Positions 1 through 7,356 are shown, counted from the first letter of the stretch. The stretch is 10,489 bases of DNA from Parachlamydiales bacterium (GCA_963765145.1 CAVXVG010000034.1:1-10489), one strand, 5' to 3'. The notes: generated from the letters alone by a model not told the origin. Numbers and translations: made by a program.

Positions 1-211
1 ATTGGACCGACATTGTTTTCCATCCATTGATGAAATTTCTCTACGTTTACATAAAAACGTCCATTGACCATGGAAAGGAATGCACCCGCTCCATTTTCTT
101 CTCGTCTTGCCGTGTAATATTGCGCATAGTGCCCTGACTGGGATACCGAAAGTGTTCTTTCCACTTGGTAAGCGCCACCCAATCTAATTTTTTGTCGACT
201 TCTATAGTCAT
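1..211 (-). pseudogene. Small winged-helix/excisionase-like DNA-binding protein, frameshifted by a 2-nt duplication near 112-115; runs off the window edge
   Basis: ATG at 211 gives MTIEVDKKLDWVALTKWKEHFRYPSQGTMRNIT. Removing one AC from ATTACACGGCA continues it as ARREENGAGAFLSMVNGRFYVNVEKFHQWMENNVGP. The joined protein resembles small island/phage DNA-binding proteins (W..H..P..G.LR....ENG.....GR......F..W pattern). Confidence 0.55.
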
Positions 212-511
212 TGTTTTAAACCTATAAATTCTTTCATTCTCTGCATTTGGCAGACATGGGCAGACTGCATCTTTCACAATCATGTCAACAAATCCAAATT
301 TTAAATTATTTTTAAAAAAAATAATACACATGCAAAATAAAAATTTTCAAGTCAAAAAGTTTTTAAATAACTTAAATGTCAGGATTTTTGTCAGAGGCCA
401 GGCCAGCAAGAGCCTGCTTGAAATAGATCAATTGAGCATGGAGTTAAAGACTGAGCAGGCTGAATCAAGCCAGGTCAGGCTGTACTATATTGTGAAAAAT
501 ACAGGGAACAT

Positions 512-557
512 ACGGAATCATAATCCGTGGGTCGTTGGTTCAAATCCGACTGCCCTA
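512..557 (+). pseudogene. 3' half of a tRNA(CAT) gene (Met-type); att-core-like remnant
   Basis: Anticodon arm ACGGA-ATCATAA-TCCGT, variable loop GGGTC, T-arm GTTGG-TTCAAAT-CCGAC, then TGCCCTA. No D-arm or 5' acceptor strand upstream. Confidence 0.8.
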
Positions 558-637
558 ACGTCTCCGGAAAAGATTGCAGGTGCCAGCAACTCCTGTTTAG
601 CTTTCACTTTTAAAAAAATTAAAGAATAGAACTATTT
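517..637 (+). repeat. Left copy of an imperfect direct repeat (tRNA 3' fragment plus downstream flank); partner at 10317-10447
   Basis: ATCATAATCC..GTCGTTGGTTCAA(A/G)TCCGACTGCC and ACTCCTGTTTA(G/T)CTTTCACTT..AAAAAATTAAAG occur in both copies. Confidence 0.85.
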
Positions 638-718
638 CTACTGGAGAGTCCAAGCTTGTCACTAGGTGCGATAACCGCCTAAACTCAAAAAGAGCACTTT
701 TTTTATCAAAGCAACGCG

Positions 719-985
719 CTAGGCTGAATCCAAAAATTTATTCCTCTCTCCATTCATGCCAGATTGCTCCCATCGACAGGAGATTGGCATAGGAGCTCCC
801 GACCATCGTAGAGCATTAGCTTGCAAAAGGCGTTGGTTTTGTTCTTTACGCGCTTCTTCTTTTTGCGGCGTGAGTTCGTTTTCGCTTTTCCGCAAACGTT
901 TCATCAAGCCAGAAGTTAGTGATGCCTCTGCTTTATTGTACCTGTCTTGCCACTCGGAAAGAAGACTCATAACTCTCATTACCAT
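719..985 (-). CDS. Hypothetical coiled-coil-like protein or gene remnant
   Basis: 88-aa ORF with a charged helical N-terminal half. No recognisable family and no clear RBS. Confidence 0.25.
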   Translation of the reverse strand: MVMRVMSLLSEWQDRYNKAEASLTSGLMKRLRKSENELTPQKEEARKEQNQRLLQANALRWSGAPMPISCRWEQSGMNGERNKFLDSA

Positions 986-1068
986 ATTATTTTTTGATGT
1001 AGGCCGTATGTACCGATTGTAAAAGAGGAGTATGGGGTCAAGTATGGGATCAGGCCTAGGGTGTTGAT

Positions 1069-1695
1069 CTAATAGGTAAAGACCCTGGGCCTGACCCCAA
1101 ACACCAACAGTTCCTCATGGACCTGCCTAAGCTCATCCATCCAGGGTCTTAAAACGCTCTCATGTTGGTGCGGGATGAGAAAATGGGCAACCCTCTTAGA
1201 TAGGTCTAGCGAGTGGGTACAAGATGTAGAGCAGGGGACGTGGCTGATGAAGGCTTTTCCTTGCCTATACGCATAAGGATTAATAAGCTTAAAAGGACCA
1301 TTGAACGGTTGGGTGATAAGCCAATCTTCAAATGCATCAATCTGCATCTCTCCAACCTCTGCGATTTTGCGGCAACAACAAGCCGGGTACCCCAGAAGCT
1401 CCCCTAACTCCTGTTCGTGAGGGTTATGAGAATGGTCTACGCTATTCACTAGGCGAAGACGCTCTTGATTTGAAGCGATATAGATAAAGCCATCTGCGCT
1501 TCTGTCAAAATAAAATTCAAACTGCTTACACCACTCTTCAAGGGAATTAAGTGTCTTTTGAAAAGACTTTAGCCTTGTGCGTACACACGATTTTAACCCC
1601 ATGAGAAATAAGAGGATATCGACATTGGCCGAAAGAGGGAAGAGAGGGTGGAGTTTCTGAACAAATGCAGAATAAGGGCGAAGGAAATTACTCAT
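1069..1695 (-). CDS. DUF483-like Cys/His-motif protein, last gene of the RiPP operon
   Basis: Motifs ELGELLGYPACCC and FISHVPCSTSC. The start overlaps the upstream stop (ATGAGTAA), suggesting translational coupling. Confidence 0.7.
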   Translation of the reverse strand: MSNFLRPYSAFVQKLHPLFPLSANVDILLFLMGLKSCVRTRLKSFQKTLNSLEEWCKQFEFYFDRSADGFIYIASNQERLRLVNSVDHSHNPHEQELGELLGYPACCCRKIAEVGEMQIDAFEDWLITQPFNGPFKLINPYAYRQGKAFISHVPCSTSCTHSLDLSKRVAHFLIPHQHESVLRPWMDELRQVHEELLVFGVRPRVFTY

Positions 1696-2296
1696 CTCTC
1701 AAAATTTCCACTCCCGACCCATCGTATTTGCTATCAGTTTTCCAAAGATACATAATCAGGCTGTTGCGCTCCCCCTCAACAGGACTAACGAAGTGATGCG
1801 AATGAGGTGAAATCTCAAAACAAATACCGCTGTTTGACTGGTACGAATATTTTTTGATGACGTCAGATTTATCCAGAGAAGCTAAAAAAGAAATTTCTCC
1901 TCCGGAAACTAGCTCGCCTTCTTTGGCAAATTGGAGAATAAAACGAAAATCTTCATAGCCAAGCTCCGGGTCACAGTAGTCGTTGTGAACATCGATTTCT
2001 TGTGAAGTGATCAGTTTATTTGCTACCAAACGGACAGCGTTTCTTAAACGGACACCGAGCAATTTTTCAATAGACTGCCTGAAAGGAATGAAAAAAAGGG
2101 GATCAAATAGAAGTGTCAGATCGTGGCCATCTGCCGGCAGAATCACGGATTCATATTGCCGGTAAAAATGGGTCTTCTTTTCCTTCCAAAAAACGTGGGA
2201 AAGAGCCTTTTGCAGAAGAAGATAGCTCTCTTCGGAAAAGATGTGTGAACATGAAAAAAACCGGAACTTTCCTGAATGAAAAAAAATCGGTCTCAA
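1688..2296 (-). CDS. yhhC: 2OG-Fe(II) oxygenase, YhhC-like RiPP tailoring hydroxylase
   Basis: HxD motif (VHNDY), distal His (HSHHFV) and 2OG-binding RxS (ERNS). Sits in the triceptide operon. The TTG start is uncertain. Confidence 0.8.
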   Translation of the reverse strand: MRPIFFHSGKFRFFSCSHIFSEESYLLLQKALSHVFWKEKKTHFYRQYESVILPADGHDLTLLFDPLFFIPFRQSIEKLLGVRLRNAVRLVANKLITSQEIDVHNDYCDPELGYEDFRFILQFAKEGELVSGGEISFLASLDKSDVIKKYSYQSNSGICFEISPHSHHFVSPVEGERNSLIMYLWKTDSKYDGSGVEILRDE

Positions 2297-2307
2297 ATTT
2301 TCCCAAT

Positions 2308-3369
2308 TTAAGAGAATTTTTCATTGAAATACTCATGAGGGGCATGCTCTTTAAGATATGCGCTGAAACCATCATCTTGAATGATATTGAGCTTATCGGC
2401 TGTTGAAAACAGATGAGAAGTGACCTCTCTCCAATATTCGGAAGGGAAAAAATCAGGGGAAAGGGCCACGTTCGTAAATACTTTAGCCGGCAACAGACTA
2501 ACTTGCTCTAGCAATTCAGTGATTCTACCTTTTATTTGCTTCAGGTCCAGATCAATGGATGATGAACGCTTGTTCCAACTGCTATCTCCATTATAACGAT
2601 TGTTAAACCCATCACAATCAATATGTAAAAACAACAGAGAGCTGTGCCGAGCCTCATCTAAAAGCTTGAAAGGGGAGGAGGCTAAAGTGTAACTATGTTT
2701 TCCATAAGAAGCGTCCAATTCAAGGGCAGGCCTCTGCTTGCCCTTTACGAGAAGGGTGTCGGAATGGTGAGTACAACCAAGAGTCTGGCGTTTGAACTCC
2801 CCCTGTTGAGAGTATTTTAAGTGGAAAATATCTACCTCGTCGATCTCATGGAGTAGCGGACAGATAAAAGAGCCTATATCCACCGACTTTTGAATGATCG
2901 CCTCCCTAACGGAACGGGGATCATTAAAATTTGTCTCCTTTTGTGTGAACATGCAGCGATACGCTTCCCCATTCCGCTCTAAAAGAGGGCTTCCAAGATC
3001 TGCGTGATCATCCACATGGAAGAGAGAAATTTTATCTACGGCCATCCCTTGAGATCTTAACCATTGAACAACAAGTGACCAGTAGTAAAGCGACCAGGAA
3101 TCATGAAAAGAAAGCATCCCATTTTTGAAAAAGCGGCAGTACAAGCCCAACTCCTCAAAAGAGATCTTTTCAAACCAACGCTCCAACGCTACTTCCATAC
3201 GAGGGTCTGCAAAATGTTTTTTGTAGTCTCTAAGAAAAACAACGAGGTTCCATTGATTATCAACTAGCTCTTCAAAAGGAACTAAATCGAAAGGGAAATA
3301 GCGATCCAGCAGCTCCCGTCTTTGCATTTTATTATCTGGCAAAGTTGAACGAGGAAGGACAAACTGCAC
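2308..3369 (-). CDS. UPF0489-family / peptide arginase-like metalloenzyme (ureohydrolase-type fold)
   Basis: Metal-binding motifs FHDSW, HVDDHADL and HIDCDGF, plus LSPDFFP. The likely start is GTG at 3369, 2 nt after the rSAM stop; the ORF track extends to TTG 3429. Confidence 0.75.
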   Translation of the reverse strand: MQFVLPRSTLPDNKMQRRELLDRYFPFDLVPFEELVDNQWNLVVFLRDYKKHFADPRMEVALERWFEKISFEELGLYCRFFKNGMLSFHDSWSLYYWSLVVQWLRSQGMAVDKISLFHVDDHADLGSPLLERNGEAYRCMFTQKETNFNDPRSVREAIIQKSVDIGSFICPLLHEIDEVDIFHLKYSQQGEFKRQTLGCTHHSDTLLVKGKQRPALELDASYGKHSYTLASSPFKLLDEARHSSLLFLHIDCDGFNNRYNGDSSWNKRSSSIDLDLKQIKGRITELLEQVSLLPAKVFTNVALSPDFFPSEYWREVTSHLFSTADKLNIIQDDGFSAYLKEHAPHEYFNEKFS

Positions 3370-3371
3370 CG

Positions 3372-5552
3372 CTAAACCATGGTTAAAGAATGTTGAGAGG
3401 AGAGGGAGAGAAACTCTTTCCACAAACAATCAAAGAATAACTGGCCTGATGGAGTAAAAGAGATGTTATTTTTTACATCGTTTAGACAAGACCTCAAATT
3501 TTCAAGATGGATGGACAATGCATGTTCAGCGATCTCCAAACATCTCCCTTCCGCTTGCATCTTACTCCAGAAACGAGCTACGTGCGTAAAAACGTAGACG
3601 GCGTGTAAAACTCCGTGCGGAGGCCGGAATGTTTTTGGCCAGGGTGAGTAAATAAGTGTCTCTTTGTCTGTGAAAAGCTCGAAACGGCTCATCAATAAGT
3701 ACAATTTCTGATGAAGATGCTCGTGGATAAGAGAAGCTGCCACAACATACGGGGAAAGCAATCCGTCTGACTTCCAAGTGCCAATAAAAAGCGCTCCCGG
3801 TATTGTTTCATCGCTAAAGGAGACATCTTTATCGGGATGGGCGTTAGAATCCTTCACAAGCTGGATATGTCTGCTCGCCAAAGCCATTTCTTGGTAGAGT
3901 GCAGCATCGTAATTTTCTAAAATCTCCAAAGCCTCTTGGAGATTTTGCATCCCTTCTCTGAGCGTGGCGGGAGGATGTTCGATGGTGATATTGGTTCCAA
4001 GAGATAATCGATACCACCGATCTTGAGACTGGATGGTAAACGCAACTTTCTCTTTTTTAGAGACAAACGAAAGGAGTTGATCAAAATAATCGGGATCTGG
4101 AGGGAGTTCCTTCTCATCAATGTTATAAACACGGTGGTTGACACTGCAGCTATGCATCGCTCTCAGCCATGCCCTACTTGTCGGCTGCAAGAGTGCAGGC
4201 TTGACCTCCTCAAATGAAAGCTTCTTACACGCAAGGATAACCTCTTGCTTATCCTTAAACGTGTTTAAAGCATAAGGTATGAGAGACAAAAATTTGACAT
4301 GTTCTTTTCGGGCTATATGCTCTTGAAGGGCGTGGATCTGCTGGCTAGAGGTTCGAGAATCGCAAAATGCCTCCATTTCAGAACGGGTGAACTCTGGGAC
4401 TAACTTCAATCCCTGCTTCTGGCTCTCTACATGCAACGTTTCTTTCAATCTGGAAGTGATGTGATCAATGAGCGCATACATCTCTTCGCAATAAACGGTT
4501 GGATTGAGATAACCATTCCGACCAAAGCGATGCCCTATAAATCCACCTCCGCAAACAAGAAGATGCTTACAAGACTGACATTGCGGACTTAACCCCTCTT
4601 TGGTTAAAAGAGTTCGATGAAAACGGATCTTTTCTGCCGATTCTGCAGCAAGTATTGGGTGTTCTTCTAAGTTTAGGCCCAGGGAAGAGGAATTTTCCTC
4701 TGTAATTTTCAAAACATCGTGGTTGTGATAGGTACCATCTGTTTCAAGGACAAGGAGGCTGATATCCCCCAACCCGAAAGAGTCTGTCTCGCTGGTATGA
4801 CCCAATACAGCTTTAAGCAGCCAGTCAAAGTATTTGCATTTGAGATGAGAATAGTGGTCGAACCAGCAGTCAAAAGCCTCGATTAACCAATTTTTGTAAA
4901 GATCTGGATTTTTATCCCTGCCGGCAGGTAGGGCAACATGATTAGCGTCCGGGATAAGGATGTTGAACTCAGAAACCCCATTTGCATCAAAAAACTCGAA
5001 TAATCTTCTAGGTTCAGAATGGGGGTTAATAACAGCAATGCAGCCCGAAAAAGTCTCCGGATACCGTCTTAAAAGCTGTAAAGCAGCATAAACCTTATCA
5101 AAAGTGGGCCTATTCTTTAGATCCACTCGATGTTGATCGTGCATCTCTTTTGGTCCATCGATACTGAGAGAAACAGTGATCCCATGTTCCTGAAGCGTCT
5201 TTAAATGCTCTTCTTTTAAGAGCGTTCCATTTGTCTGAATTCCGAAACTGGCTTCACAATGAAGGGGAGATAACCTGGCCCGAAGGAGTTCTGTGAAACG
5301 AATAATATTTTCCACTCCGAAAAGGAGCGGTTCCCCGCCGTGATAAACGATCACCACACGTCGCAGGCCCTTTTCAGCTACGTACTCGCCAAGCCGTTTT
5401 GCAAACAGTTCTTGGTGATGTTCTGACAGGCATCTAGGTTTATTTTTCCAAGTTTGGTCAGCATGTTGGTACATGTAGCAATAGTCGCAGTTAAGGTTGC
5501 ACCTGGATGCAACCTTAACTACGAACGAAGAGAATTTAAGCGGTCTTGTCAT
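3372..5552 (-). CDS. yhhB: Cyclophane-forming radical SAM/SPASM peptide maturase fused to a C-terminal aKG-HExxH domain (YhhB/FxsB-like)
   Basis: CNLNCDYC (5478-5501), HGGEPLL, QTNG and SIDG motifs. SPASM motif CQSCKHLLVCGGG...YC. C-terminal HEHLH (3711-3725), YSPW..RP..GVLH. Directly follows the precursor peptide. Confidence 0.92.
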   Translation of the reverse strand: MTRPLKFSSFVVKVASRCNLNCDYCYMYQHADQTWKNKPRCLSEHHQELFAKRLGEYVAEKGLRRVVIVYHGGEPLLFGVENIIRFTELLRARLSPLHCEASFGIQTNGTLLKEEHLKTLQEHGITVSLSIDGPKEMHDQHRVDLKNRPTFDKVYAALQLLRRYPETFSGCIAVINPHSEPRRLFEFFDANGVSEFNILIPDANHVALPAGRDKNPDLYKNWLIEAFDCWFDHYSHLKCKYFDWLLKAVLGHTSETDSFGLGDISLLVLETDGTYHNHDVLKITEENSSSLGLNLEEHPILAAESAEKIRFHRTLLTKEGLSPQCQSCKHLLVCGGGFIGHRFGRNGYLNPTVYCEEMYALIDHITSRLKETLHVESQKQGLKLVPEFTRSEMEAFCDSRTSSQQIHALQEHIARKEHVKFLSLIPYALNTFKDKQEVILACKKLSFEEVKPALLQPTSRAWLRAMHSCSVNHRVYNIDEKELPPDPDYFDQLLSFVSKKEKVAFTIQSQDRWYRLSLGTNITIEHPPATLREGMQNLQEALEILENYDAALYQEMALASRHIQLVKDSNAHPDKDVSFSDETIPGALFIGTWKSDGLLSPYVVAASLIHEHLHQKLYLLMSRFELFTDKETLIYSPWPKTFRPPHGVLHAVYVFTHVARFWSKMQAEGRCLEIAEHALSIHLENLRSCLNDVKNNISFTPSGQLFFDCLWKEFLSLSSQHSLTMV

Positions 5553-5573
5553 AAAAATAACGAGAGCGACTCC

Positions 5574-5777
5574 TTAGCCTCTATTATGTGTATGATACAT
5601 TCTGTCGTAAGCCTGACTAGCTTGCGCTAGAGGGTCAACAGAGGTTTCAGAAGCACATCTTTTCAGTGCTGAGTGATCTAGGAGAGCTGGGTCGTTAGAT
5701 TGCAAAGCTTCCGTCATGGCCTTTTGCTCCTCGAGCTGAATTGGCCGAAACACAGGTGGAGGGATGTTTAATTCCAT
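5574..5777 (-). CDS. yhhA: Triceptide RiPP precursor peptide, YhhA-like (67 aa; core YDRMYHTHNRG)
   Basis: ATG at 5777 preceded by AAAGGA. Leader segment LLDHSALKR. C-terminal aromatic-X-X motifs YDR, YHT and HNR. Ends 21 nt upstream of the rSAM gene. Confidence 0.88.
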   Translation of the reverse strand: MELNIPPPVFRPIQLEEQKAMTEALQSNDPALLDHSALKRCASETSVDPLAQASQAYDRMYHTHNRG

Positions 5778-5849
5778 AATTTTGTTTCCTTTCAATTGAA
5801 TGTTTAAGTTTTGTCTTTTCGAACAAAAACGCCCTTAACACGGATCGGG

Positions 5850-5879
5850 AATATGCCTTTTTTCTAAAAAATCAGTCAA
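5850..5879 (-). promoter_or_regulatory. Candidate sigma70-type promoter for the RiPP operon
   Basis: TTGACT-18 nt-CATATT on the minus strand, about 70 nt upstream of the precursor ATG. Confidence 0.3.
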
Positions 5880-6022
5880 GAAAAAAACGCGATGCAAGAA
5901 ATTTCGACGAGGACGTCGAGGGGGAGTTTGGCCACTTGCATAGCTTGACGGGCAGGTTTTTTGGGATGAGAAAACCGCTCTGCGTAAATTTGATTCATCG
6001 TTTTAAAGTCTTCCATGCTTGG
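5876..6022 (-). pseudogene. C-terminal fragment of a RidA/YjgF/YER057c family protein
   Basis: SMEDFKTMNQIYAERF...PARQAMQVAKLPLDVLVEISCIA is the typical Rid C-terminal half. The N-terminal half is absent. Confidence 0.8.
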
Positions 6023-6073
6023 GGTCATGCTTGGCATTCTGACATTTGGAATAAAGAACAATTTCGCGGTCAA

Positions 6074-6394
6074 TCACTTTCTTGGCTGACTCTTTCTTTG
6101 GAAGCTCATTTCGTAGCCAATAGAATCGAGAACTTTTGAGAGTGTGTCGACTGTAATGTTTTTTCGCTCACCTGATTTTAATCCCTGGATAATGGTGGGA
6201 GAGACTCCGGCGGCAGCAGCCAATCTCCTAACAGAAACATGGTCTTCTTCCATGGCTGCTAAAATGAGCTCAGATAGCAAAAGATCCTTATACTCTTTAT
6301 CAAAGAGTTCCTTCTGTTCTTTGTCCTCCATAAGCTCTTCATAAGACGATTTAATTTTCTTCTTATTCCCTGTTATTTCTTTCTTGGCAGCCAT
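6074..6394 (-). CDS. XRE/Cro-type HTH protein (HigA-like orphan antitoxin or regulator)
   Basis: HTH segment VSVRRLAAAAGVSPTIIQGLKSGERKNITVDTLSKVLDSIG. Lies immediately after hicB. The start could be 6394, 6400 or 6406. Confidence 0.8.
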   Translation of the reverse strand: MAAKKEITGNKKKIKSSYEELMEDKEQKELFDKEYKDLLLSELILAAMEEDHVSVRRLAAAAGVSPTIIQGLKSGERKNITVDTLSKVLDSIGYEMSFQRKSQPRK

Positions 6395-6407
6395 GACCAT
6401 TTCCAAT

Positions 6408-6815
6408 CTATCTTTGCGCTCTATATTGCTTGAAATTATCCAAACCTTTGTCGATTAATAGATCCATTGTCTTGCTGATGGATTTGTGAGTCATCTGGGC
6501 GATTTTGGCTATGTGATAATGGCGTTCGCTGTCTGTGCGGTAGGAGATATTCCCTTTATACGCTTCTTTGTTAATAGGCTCAGGAACAGGCTCGCCTTTG
6601 TCTTTGTAAATTTCGACTGCGCAGGCAATGAGATCTTTTATTTCCTCCATACCCTCATCGAGGCTTTCTGAATCTGTACAAATTCCAGGCAATTCATTGA
6701 CTCGAATGATGTAATAGCTCTTTCCTTTGTGTGATTCAGTTTCAATAGAATAGGTCCAGGGTAGATTGAGATAATAATCTAGGTCTTTATCGTCCTTTGT
6801 CTTTTTCTTATTCAT
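6408..6815 (-). CDS. hicB: HicB family antitoxin
   Basis: Partial RNase H-like N-domain (YIIRVNELPGICTDSESLDEGMEEI...GEPVPEP) and RHH-like C-domain (YKGNISYRTDSERH). Overlaps hicA by 8 nt. Confidence 0.88.
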   Translation of the reverse strand: MNKKKTKDDKDLDYYLNLPWTYSIETESHKGKSYYIIRVNELPGICTDSESLDEGMEEIKDLIACAVEIYKDKGEPVPEPINKEAYKGNISYRTDSERHYHIAKIAQMTHKSISKTMDLLIDKGLDNFKQYRAQR

Positions 6816-7038
6816 GATCTTTTAAAACCTCCTCTAACATTTTCATTTGATATGGCAATAGCTGGGAACGCTTTTTAATAGAAACATTCTTCTCATAGCC
6901 TTCTTTCCAGAAGATGAAATGAGAGCTTCCTGGCGATCTAACTTTAAAACCTAACTTGAGCAGAAAGCCTTCTGCCTCGTCAAACGAAACGACCTGACCA
7001 TTTTTGATCTTCAGCTTAAGCTTGTCAAACTTGCTCAT
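6808..7038 (-). CDS. hicA: HicA family toxin (mRNA interferase)
   Basis: 76 aa, basic, with the LLKLGF...GSSHFIF motif and PYQMK. Lies upstream of hicB. Confidence 0.88.
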   Translation of the reverse strand: MSKFDKLKLKIKNGQVVSFDEAEGFLLKLGFKVRSPGSSHFIFWKEGYEKNVSIKKRSQLLPYQMKMLEEVLKDHE

Positions 7039-7044
7039 ACCCGC

Positions 7045-7074
7045 ATGATATCAAAATCGATATCGACCTGTCAA
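7045..7074 (-). promoter_or_regulatory. hicAB promoter with palindromic operator
   Basis: TTGACA (7069-7074), 18-nt spacer, TATCAT (7045-7050). GATATC-N6-GATATC at 7047-7064. ATG lies 6 nt after the -10 box. Confidence 0.75.
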
Positions 7075-7320
7075 ATTGAGAGCACTCTCCCCCTACACTC
7101 TCTTTGTAGCTCTAAAAGAAATTGGGAGGATTTGTCACAAATCTCTCACAGTGACGAGCCAAAACAATCTGTTCTGGACAAAAAGGGACAACAAACCTAG
7201 AATTCCAAGCTGCAAAGGATAAGTATGTTAAATACTGTCAGTTGATTATCGCCCTGTTAAATTGAGGGCACTCTCCCCTACACTCTTTGTAGCTATGAAA
7301 AGAATTGGGAGATTTGTCAC
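7073..7320 (+). repeat. Two imperfect direct copies of a ~65-bp unit (7073-7138 and 7259-7320)
   Basis: AAATTGAG(A/G)GCACTCTCCCC..TACACTCT..TTGTAGCT..AAAAGAA..TTGGGAG..ATTTGTCAC in both copies. Confidence 0.9.
7126..7244 (+). repeat. 119-bp direct repeat, copy 1 (copy 2 at 10174-10292)
   Basis: Ungapped alignment by eye gives 7 mismatches in 119 bp. Contains the palindrome GATTTGT-C-ACAAATC near its start. Confidence 0.92.
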
Positions 7321-7338
7321 TTGCTTGTCACAGCAAAT

Positions 7339-7356
7339 ACGCTAAGGAGCGTTTTT
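7339..7356 (+). terminator. Weak intrinsic-terminator-like hairpin
   Basis: ACGCT-AAGG-AGCGT followed by TTTT. Confidence 0.25.

Noticed and set aside
47..331. 94-aa ORF as an intact gene
   Set aside because: It is better explained as the 5' part of a frameshifted gene starting at 211.
512..557. Functional tRNA genes here or at 10317-10359
   Set aside because: Neither has a D-arm or a 5' acceptor strand.
282..629. 115-aa plus-strand ORF
   Set aside because: It runs through AT-rich DNA and the tRNA fragment (WVVGSNPT is a translated T-arm), so it is probably spurious.
3711..3725. HExxH as a zinc protease for leader removal
   Set aside because: In rSAM-fused proteins with the PW..RP motif, this domain is established as an aKG-dependent hydroxylase.
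7073..7331. CRISPR array
   Set aside because: Only two long imperfect copies with a ~120-bp gap, and no cas genes.
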